DNA from: Antedon mediterranea
Lineage: Eukaryota > Animalia > Echinodermata
Length of the DNA stretch: 64,000 nucleotides
NCBI RefSeq assembly: GCF_964355755.1
Contig: NC_092679.1
Span: 10,523,432 to 10,587,431, forward strand
Direction: 5' to 3'
The stretch's first letter is position 1, and each line of letters opens with the position of its first letter. Position numbers and translations under genes: made by a program. Positions 1 through 10,100 of the stretch are shown piece after piece. The notes beneath the pieces were generated by a model, which did not search any database, was not told the origin of the DNA, and saw only the letters and a program-made list of their open reading frames with translations.

Positions 1-457
1 ATTAACAAATCACACATTAAATTTGTATTGAATGAATTAAGTGAAATACTTATTATTTAAGGGAAATGTTTAATAACTTTAGTGTGATTGATGAATACGG
101 CCCCTGCAGTGTATGTAATCCATGCATAATTGTACTTAAAACATGTCTCTTGGTTCTTCTCCAGTGATACTATATTTGACAGGAGTGACAAATATTGGTA
201 ATGATACAGTCATGTTTGTTTAAAACAATTGAAATAAACATATATAATATATACGGCAGCTGGTTATTAATCCTATGTTGCAATTTCAAGTAAGCTGATA
301 ATCGTGTCTAATAAAGGATTAGTCCCTATTGTTTTGAGGCTAATCTTAACTGAGGGTTTTAAACTGCAGATGCCTTCATGCCTTGTTACCAGGTGCTGAG
401 ACTTATCAAGGCTGCAGTGTAAATACCTCGTACCTATCTGCATATAGGCCTACAAAA

Positions 458-1333
458 AAAGCGTCCCCTAAGATAGGGGTGTCCCAAATGAGGGGTTCTA
501 ATTGTTGCGTTGACCCAACAAAGCGTCCCCTAAGATAGGGGTGTCCCAATGAGGGGTTCTAATTGTTGCGTTGACCCAACAAAGCGTCCCCTAAGATAGG
601 GGTGTCCCAATGAGGGGTTCTATTGTTGCGTTGACCCAACAAAGCGTCCCCTAAGATAGGGGTGTCCCAAATGAGGGGTTCTAATTGTTGCGTTGACCCA
701 ACAAAGCGTCCCCTAAGATAGGGGTGTCCCAATGAGGGGTTCTAATTGTTGCGTTGACCCAACAAAGCGTCCCCTAAGATAGGGGTGTCCCAATGAGGGG
801 TTCTAATTGTTGCGTTGACCCAACAAAGCGTCCCCTAAGATAGGGGTGTCCAAATGAGGGGTTCTAATTGTTGCGTTGACCCAACAAAGCGTCCCCTAAG
901 ATAGGGGTGTCCCAATGAGGGGTTCTAATTGTTGCGTTTACCCAACAAAGCGTCCCCTAAGATAGGGGTGTCCAAATGAGGGGTTCTAATTGTTGCGTTG
1001 ACCCAACAAAGCGTTCCCTAAGATAGGGGTGTCCCAATGAGGGGTTCTAATTGTTGCGTTGACCCAACAAAGCGTCCCCTAAGATAGGGGTGTCCCCAAC
1101 AAAGCGTCCCCAACGATAAGGGTGTCCCCAAGAAAGCGTCCCCTAAGATAGGGGTGTCCCAATGAGGGGTTCTAATTGTTGCGTTGACCCAACAAAGCGT
1201 CCCCTAAGATAGGGGTGTCCCCAACAAAGCGTCCCCTAAGATAGGGGTGTCCCAATGAGGGGTTCTAATTGTTGCGTTGACCCAACAAAGGGTCCCCTAA
1301 GATAGGGGTGTCCCAATGAGGGGTTCTAATGTA
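458..1333 (+). repeat. Tandem satellite, ~61-bp unit, ~14-15 copies including a few truncated units
   Basis: Unit AAAGCGTCCCCTAAGATAGGGGTGTCCCAATGAGGGGTTCTAATTGTTGCGTTGACCCAAC recurs with GCGTCCCC at 461, 523, 584, 644, 706 and onward; near-identical copies; shortened units around 1080-1235. Confidence 0.97.
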
Positions 1334-1583
1334 TGTGTATTTTCATACAAATAAAAAATACGGAACTTTCGCAAATGAGCTATGCTCGACGCGATTATGA
1401 GATCATGTGTTCTGAATATGAGCACTGTTTCTATAATTTACAGTATGATTTATATTATATAATTTACACAGTACTACGCAACACAGTTGATTTATATATA
1501 TATAGCATAGCTCATTTGCGAAAGTTCCGTATTTTTTATTTGTATGAAAATACACATACATTAGAACCCCTCATTGGGACACC
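1307..1583. repeat. Perfect 80-bp inverted repeat (arms 1307-1386 and 1504-1583, 117-bp spacer)
   Basis: 1504-1583 is the exact reverse complement of 1307-1386 (GGTGTCCCAATGAGGGG...GAGCTATGCT). Confidence 0.95.
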
Positions 1584-1638
1584 AATACACCAGAAAATAT
1601 TCTACATAAATAATTAGCCTGTAGGCCTAGGCCTAAAG

Positions 1639-1680
<42 letters not shown>

Positions 1681-1744
1681 CTTATATATATATAAATAAT
1701 TAGCCTGTAGGCCTAGGCCTAAAGTTATATATATATATATATAA

Positions 1745-1870
1745 TATCTCCATTGAGATCCAGCCACTGTAGCTTTTCGCTTTTTATTTTTGTATCTCCA
1801 TTGAGATCCAGCCACTGATACCCACAGCATTGTCATTTTTTTCAGTAATTTGCCTTTGGATTTATATATA
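1745..1870 (+). mobile_element. Penelope-like element terminal-repeat (pLTR) fragment inside (TA)n
   Basis: TATCTCCATTGAGATCCAGCCACTGATACCCACAGCATTGTCATTTTTTTCAGTAATTTGCCTTTGGA matches 39326-39392 and the reverse complement of ~56485-56554, which lies downstream of the GIY-YIG ORF; flanked by TA microsatellite. Confidence 0.8.
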
Positions 1871-3299
1871 TATAATATATATATATATATAAATCATAGG
1901 CCTACTGTAAGTTATAGAAACAGTGTTCATATTCGGAACATGATCTCTCTGCTCGACCACTACACTTATGAGCTGATTTGTGGACAATTTTATAAAGAGT
2001 TGTTGAACACCATTTCCATTTATTAAGTTGTGTCAAAGCAAAAATGTTTTTTACGCATCGGAATTAAGGTATTTCCGGTTTTAAGAAGGGTAATTTGATT
2101 TAATACAAGTATTGATATCCAAGTATCTACTCTTGAATATTAAATTATTCATGTAATTATGGCCTTTGTATCTCTCTGTTCTATGTAGCGATAATCTACA
2201 CACAAGCATAAATGCATTTTGATACAAGCGTGTATAACAACACAATACGGAAAGGCCTACAAACAACATTCATTCACAAATAGTTATTTCAGATATTTTA
2301 AAGGGTTATACATAGACAAAAATAAAAACTTTAAACCAATTATTGTTACAATCATTTTTTGATGATGACAAAATGTAGCCTAATTCCAATGATTGATAAG
2401 CCTAGGCCTAATTTTCTTTTTTTTTTGTGCGTTCATTTCATCTTTATTCATCAATAGGGGCCTATAAAATAATGTTTTATATAGTAGGTCTATATATCAT
2501 GATTATACTATATAACATTCATGCTAAAATAATAATGTAGTAAAACAATTTATAAATAGTAATATTTCATTTCAAATATTTATAGAATGATTCTTGTTGC
2601 TTGAAAAATAAAGTTTCGCTTGTTTATTTAGGTTTATAAAATTATAAAAATGCACTTTTAATAGTGACAAAACAAGTGTTTTGTACGTAATTATTTAAGC
2701 TATTAACAGGCTCATGTTCGTTTTCAATTATATAAAGAGTTGTTGAACACCATTTCCATTTATTAAGTTGTTTTATTAAATTTGCTTTATGCATAATAAA
2801 CCAATAGATAAAAAATTATCAATATATTTCAAGTACCGGTAACAAGTATATTATTTTAAACATTTGTCCAGATATTATATTTATTATAAGTTCATTTATA
2901 TAATATGTTGTTTCCGTAATCAAACAATAAATTAGCGTTATCTTAAACACTATTGCCGTGTGGACATGGCGTACCGTATGTTTACATTGTTGTCTTTGTG
3001 AATTCAGAATTATTAATAAAACTTCAGAGAAGTTTGACGGAATGTTCGCACGCCATCCTGGTCTTGTGGTCATATAAACTATTGGTAAAACAACCCAATA
3101 TATTTCAGATCTTAAAGTAGGCCTACAACAGTAACGAATTTGAGATTTGAAAGCAAAGACAAAAATCAAGATGTTAAGATTTAAAAATATTCTCGATAGA
3201 CCATAATGGTTAATTAGGCTACCACAATTTTTCTTGGTGTTTAATTGGCGTATAACATCTATTAGTTGTGGTTGTAGGATGACATGCTAGCTATACCCT

Positions 3300-3960
3300 A
3301 TCAATCGACTGATATAGGCAGGTGCGTCGCCAGAAATTAATTCTTTGTGCCAATTGATAGGCCTTATCAAACGATTTGATATCAAACAACCGATAGGCTA
3401 TCGGTAAAGTCATTGCTAACTGGTCCACTGAGTCTACTTAAAATGTTTGTACGAATGATTGCGTAAGCTATTGTTTTAGGGTTGTTCAACACAATAGTTT
3501 GTATGGCCCTGTGAGTTAGGTTTTTGAATAGTAGACTTTCTTGATTGAATATTAAATCAAGCACGTGCAGGGTTTCTTTACTAACAATCTTTAGACAAAG
3601 CTTCTAATTGCTGAACAAGCGCTACAGAAACAAAAGGGGCACGCGAACGTCTCTTGCCTGTTGCTATTAAGCAAACAATTGAATGTTTTAATTCTGCTGC
3701 AAGGGATGAAAGAAAAACAAAAGATCTGCATGCGAGTCGCTGATCAGGTGAAATATAACAAACACGCGTCATCTCAAACAGAAGACTCAAAATAATCTGT
3801 TAGGACTATTATTCTACTATAAATCAATTTACGAATTTTACGCCTTTGACTTGACCGTAACGTGTTGGACAAAAGCGCGGGACGTTTGGTCACATATTAC
3901 CGAAGGATAACAATGTAAGTACAGTCGCGTGCCACCACCTGTCTGTATGTTGACATGTAT
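3300..3960. promoter_or_regulatory. Candidate distal Delta enhancer (HES class-C sites plus E-boxes)
   Basis: GCAGGTG 3318-3324, CACGTG 3562-3567, GGCACGCG 3638-3645, CAGGTG 3745-3750, CACGCG 3763-3768, CGCGTGCC 3926-3933 next to CACCTG 3936-3941; several Sox-type AACAAT sites. Function is inferred. Confidence 0.5.
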
Positions 3961-6049
3961 AAGTGCAAACAAAATTCGCTCTTGTTGATTGTAATTGTTG
4001 ATAACAATCGAATCGGCCGAGATAACATTGAATTGACTTTTATCAATTGTGTTCCTCTTTGTAATTATCTTGTCAAATAGAAAAGTCATTCATATAACAC
4101 AGCAAGGTACACCCACACTTGATTACTGTATATCTTCTTTCTCCATAGAGGCGGAGTTAACACACTATGCCTATGGCATAGTAACCCGGAAAATGGAATG
4201 TTTTAGAGAGACACTGAACAATTGTTGAATTGAAACAAAATAAAACCAGACTAGTCTTCCCTGTAAATGTTAATTCTCTGATCATCACTACTAGGACGCA
4301 ACGGGAAGGAAAGGGAAATGTCTAGTTAATTTTATCAATACCGATTCAATAATTGTCCGTAGTGGCTATCCTTTGCGTTACTACGCCATGACATAGAAAT
4401 AATATTATATCTCTATGGTCTTACGCTACGGTTGTTTTCTACAATCCTCAACCACTGATGATGTTCGTATTACTATAGATTAATTAATACAAATGCAGAT
4501 TAATTAATACAAATGCACATTGATGATGAAATTAAATTAATTAACCGGCATTTTTCATTTAATCCCTTTAACATCATTTTTATTTATACTGACTATCTGC
4601 CAAAACTACTTTAATTACACTTACGGTAAAGATATGATCTATAATTATTTTAATACTGGCTGAGTAAACTGAGGTCTATGTACAATAAGGCGTGCAGATT
4701 CTATTTTTCATTTATGAAATATGGTTATCCATTATCTTCAGTTTTAGGGTGTTGACCAAGTTTAAAGGTTAATAACAATGTGCTTATTTCTCACGCCATT
4801 TCACACAATCTAACATCACAAAACAAGATTTCATATTATTTGAATCCTAGATCGGCAAACATTAAACGTGAAGCCTTGCCGGGTGTATGTTGTGACTCCA
4901 CTTGTACCACCAACCAGGCTTGCAGATGTCTACAATGAGAAAGCAATTGATCCCAGACTTGGGTGTTCGTTTTGATATGGCCGATAGCATGGACATGGAA
5001 CATGTGCAGACCCGAGGAAAGATCAGGTGTTTTGCCTTTACTATTGGGCACTGTACAACTAGGCCTCTGTCGATATTATTTCTTTAGCCTATCCCGAGAT
5101 CAATGTACCCTTACTCAATCCTAGACGTATATAAATATGTTTGTTTATATATGTTTATTAAAGTAAATTAATTATTACACTAATGCAAAGGTAGCTACTA
5201 GGAATCAGTTGCCGAAAATGTAAGCAAAAAAATGTCTGGGGACAACTCCGTAGTTATGATGGTACCGGTACCGGTACCATAGTTTTGAAATTACTGTCAA
5301 TACTTGATACATTATTTCGTATCAACCGCTTACTGGTAGGCGGTCAATTTGTTGGTCATCGTATTTACCGGTACCCCTCAAAATCAACACTCCATCACCA
5401 ATGAACACTGGGTTTATACAGTACCGCTTACTTCTTATTTCATCTAACCATGTTCTAGTATGGCAATACCTACTATTGCAGATAGGCCCAGTCTACTTTA
5501 AATGTCACCTAACCCAATCCCTTATACCAGTACCCCATCGAAATATAAACTTGAGCATACAGACAGGTAGGCCTATAATCCATAATAACCTACTGCCACC
5601 AGCAGTCACATATTACGGACGGGACCGTATCTATTTAAAATTGATGCCCATACCGTACACTATTAAAACTATTATTTTAAACCAAAACAATCTTTTAGTC
5701 TGTTTGAAATGACATGTTAAAGCATTATAACCAACAATATTTTTCATTTAAGAAGACAAGTACACTAGGGCCTCAGTTTTTTGTTTTTTTGAACAAGACT
5801 AGAAATTCTCACACAAGTGAATCCTTTATTTGTCTTGATTTGTTTTTTTTTTTAGTTTCGTTCGTCTCACTGTATTTTTATCGAATGTTGTGTCGTGTTT
5901 ATACCATGGAGTAATAATGAATTACTCCCTGGTTATACCATAAAAAATAAGTACTTACTTCCCATAGTTACAAGATCTACCGAAACTGCCAATTATTAAA
6001 TTGTCTACTTAAGTACGGTACGAAAGGTAATACAATTAAATCGACGGAT

Positions 6050-7123
6050 TTAAGCTTGTGGGCACGCGAATTAAGTTCCAGAAACAATACCGGTAGCCTA
6101 TCAAAAAGATCTTACCTAATTCTCGCATGATTAAAATAAAGATCATAAACTAATTACAGTAGACAAATCCGGCTCCAACTAATTTAGAAATAGCGACTGA
6201 CTAACCCCTCCCCTACCGCTCCATCTCACCTCCATGTTACTACCCGTAATAATAATTGATAGGTCTGTATGTATGTTTTAAAAAAACGGGGTTTCTATTG
6301 GTGGAAGTTTTGAAGTTGGAACTTGGCCTATTTCAATTAAGCCTGGCCCTTTTGAATTGTATTCAAACAAAAGACTTAAAAATCTAGATGGCAGGTGCTG
6401 AACCCACTCGGTTACCCCAGCTGACTATACATGGTAGCACACTAACAATAGCCTTATTGTAAATAAACGCCACGCGACTCTGACAAAAGGTGTAATAATA
6501 TTAATATGTTACCCTTTTTCGGCGAGAGAGTATGGCATCGTTGGTGTTTTTTTTTTTTTTAAATACGAATTTTACAATGTTAGATGTTATTGGGTGGCTT
6601 GCCATTCCTTAACTTTCGATCAATATATGGAGTGAAACACATTTCACGAGATAATTAATCTCTGTTTGCGGAAATGGTTGGTAGATATTACGACAATGCT
6701 TTGTTCCCTCAACCAGGGCACGCGACTCCTTTTCGTATGCTAATGAGCATACCACTATATAACACAAGTCACCGACTGAAATCGGCAGACTTGCTTAGAG
6801 AAAAACAACACACGTTACTACTTTAACGTTGAAATATAATCTTGTCAACATCTTTACTTGTAAAACAACTTGCCTCTGGAATATTTCTTGGATTTATATG
6901 TTTTGTTTCTATTACAGTACTAGGAAGTTTGATGAAGTGTTGGTTTTGTTGTCCGCCCTCTCGAGTCAGGTCTTAAGCTCCGCCCCCAAATGTGCGTTGC
7001 GTATAAGGCCGGCTATTCTGTAAAATATCAAACATTCAATTTATAGATCTGTTGGAAATATACCAAGTAGACGTTACGCACATTTGGTGTAACATTGCGC
7101 CTGTACGGCGTTGTTTCATCACC
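6050..7123 (+). promoter_or_regulatory. Delta proximal promoter / 5' UTR
   Basis: GGCACGCG 6061 and 6717, CACGCG 6471, GCAGGTG 6391, CAGCTG 6418, GC boxes CCGCCC near 6953 and 6980, TATA-like TATAAG near 7002, Kozak-like ACCATGG at 7121-7127. Confidence 0.55.
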
Positions 7124-7195
7124 ATGGCTTGCGTTCGTCTATCGTGCAGTTTTACGTTAATTACTGCTATTCAATTTTTATTAAATTTATCAAAG
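7124..7195 (+). CDS. Delta: Delta exon 1 (signal peptide MACVRLSCSFTLITAIQFLLNLSK)
   Basis: ACCATGG start; donor AAG|GTACGT at 7196; phase 0. Confidence 0.85.
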
Positions 7196-10100
7196 GTACG
7201 TATACTTCTTTCAATTGAATACACCCGTTATATGTTCTTATTTATATATTCATTCGTCACTTTTAATCTCGTAATTATTATTATTATTACTGTTAATGTC
7301 ATTTTTTTAATTTATGAAATTGTATTTCAGGTGTCTTCGAATAGTTATTTCGAGATTAAACTAAATTCATTCTCAAATGATGCAAAAGTGGACAATATTG
7401 GACAGTGTTGTACGGGAAATTCTGATTATACCAATCATTGTAATTCATCAGTTTGCAGGACTTTTTTTCAAATATGCCTCACAAATTACCAAGTGGACAT
7501 ACCTATGTCACCAGAATGTACATTTGGACGTCAAGTTACGCCTGTAATCGGGGAAAATACTTTTAACGATTCATTTCAAAATGAATTTGTGAATCCTATC
7601 CGAATACCGATGGAATTTGTGTGGCCGGTAAGTGCAAATTTACGCTTTCTTAAAACCATTTTCGATGTTTTATAAATTATAGTTCGTAGTTTTAACTGTT
7701 TGTGAATTGTATGCTTCTTTCAAATACGGTACTTATTTTATGTTCACTTGAAAATAAATATTACATTTTATTCATTTAGGGTGACTTTTTGTTGATAATA
7801 GAGGCAATGCATGATGCCAGTGGGGTGCACGTTGAAGAAGGTAAATATGTTTTCCTTTAAATATTTCAGTAATATTGATTTGATCGTTATAAGAAACGCA
7901 TGGTCGATAGTCGTTGTTACCAGCCCAGTAGCTTGTACTGTACCCTCAACGTGTTATTCTTCTTAAAAGAATAGAATCTATTATGTGTGATTGATGCCAT
8001 TGTGTTAAAATGTCTTTTGTTAGATTCAATAGTCCAGCTGCTAAGGACTTGTGTTTACCTAGTCCATTCATGATCTAGGACTCTCAATTCAACATATTGA
8101 TTGCCCATCTTGTCGCGTGTCCTCCACCAGCAAAATAAGATAAGCACCTTCAGTGTTTTAGTCGCCCGCTTATGTAATCTTATCAAACATTAGCAACCGG
8201 CAATTTAACTGTTTGTATTACATTACTATTATTTCACTTCACATTTAATTAATGTAATGTTTTGTTGGTTAGTTACGGAATGAACGCCGAAAGTAGCACC
8301 AGCTGGTCTGGGTTTTTTAATGCTTCGGGCGATTGTCGATCGTTTTTCAATGCATTTTGTATTGTTTAATAAGCAACACCATTAGATGAATACAGTAAAC
8401 CTACTAAGAATCCATTGACAGTAGTTATTTAGAACAATTTTATGACTGTTATTATTATTTTGTATAACTATAAGGCATATAATTATTTGTTAATTTCTCA
8501 AAGGTTCCGAACGAAAATTGTTGACACGTTTAGCAATGACTGACGCTATTGACGCATCGAAGACATGGACCAACTCAACGCACATGGATCAAAATCATAC
8601 ATTGCACTTCTCTTACCGCGTAGTGTGCAATAATAATAGATATGGACCTCAATGTGCAACGGAATGTACACCAAGGGACAATTACTTTTCTCATTACACG
8701 TGTGATTCGGAGGGTAATAAAGTATGTCTTGACGGATGGACTGGCCCAAACTGTATAACTCGTAAGTTCTCATCTGTTCAGTTACATTTGTACTTCTTAT
8801 TTCCGTCTTTGCTTACAAACCCCAACCCCAATGTAACGAAATATAATAATTAAAATTTTTTGGCCATTTTATAGCTGTGTGTGATGAATGTGTACATGGT
8901 TACTGTACTGCACCAAACCAGTGCGAGTGTCAAGCCGGCTGGAAAGGTGAACAATGTGACGAGTGTATCACACACCCCAGTTGCGACAATGGTTTCTGTT
9001 ACACCGCGTTTCAATGTATTTGCAAGACCGGCTGGAGGGGTGTCTTCTGTAATTTTGGTAAATATCTTATTTTAGTTTTGTAATTATCTGTAATAAAATA
9101 AATTAGACGGTTGTCACTTTACTAAACTTTTTTATTCTACTTTTAGATGCAACATTCTGCACGGAGAATAACCCATGTAGACATGGTGGAATATGTGAGC
9201 ACACTGATAATGGCAGTGGCTACCAGTGCAACTGTCCAACAGGTACAACTGGTTCACATTGCGAGATCTTAGAAGCAGATAACAGCTGCCAATGTGAAAA
9301 TGGAGCTACATGTAGAGTAAGTCAACTTGCTAATTATTTTCATTTAAACATGGCATGTTGCCATATATTTGAAATCAAAATAGTTATCTAAATTCTTTTA
9401 AGCAAAAATAATTAAAGGAATTGCGAAATGTAATCTGTTAAAAAGTATCGTTTTAAATGGTCTATTCATTGTGATCAATTGAAAGCATTCATTTGAAAAG
9501 CATGCATACAACTGAAAGGTTATATAAATAACTTTGTATATTTAGATATTCCATAAATATTAAATTCTGTTCAGTTGTATTGTTTTCATTAATTGATTTG
9601 AAATGGAATGTGATAGTTTAAATCATGGATGAATTATGAAATACACTTGTACCCCTATCTTATTTAATTATATTTGTCTTTCAGTTTGTTGACGATGGTG
9701 TTCAAGTGTGTGATTGTCCTACTGGATATTTTGGTTCCATGTGTGAAAACTATGACAATTGTCAGTCGATTGATGCACTGTGTCAAAACGGTAAGTTTAA
9801 TTTATTTTCGATAACTTTGTATATGTTAATTGTATATTTTGTGTTCATTAGACTGTAAAATCAACTTTATATAATGTATGTTTTTGGTTTGAATTTTCAG
9901 GAGGTACATGTTCAAATGGTGAAGATACATATTTATGTGCTTGTCCAGATGGTTTTATTGGAAATAATTGTGAAACAAACATCTGTTTAGATAACCCTTG
10001 TTTAAATGGAGGTACATGCATGGGATTGGAAGATAGTATGCGATGTGATTGCCCAACTGGATATAGTGGAATACATTGCCAAATACTTGAAAATGCGTGT

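Noticed and set aside
458-1333. CRISPR-like appearance (palindromic repeats at regular spacing)
   Set aside because: The intervening sequence is identical between units (no unique spacers), there are no cas genes, and the context is a spliced eukaryotic locus.
7052-7675. 207-aa single-exon ORF starting at TTG 7052
   Set aside because: It is 5' UTR + exon 1 + open intron 1 + exon 2 + part of intron 2 of Delta; the Kozak ATG is at 7124.
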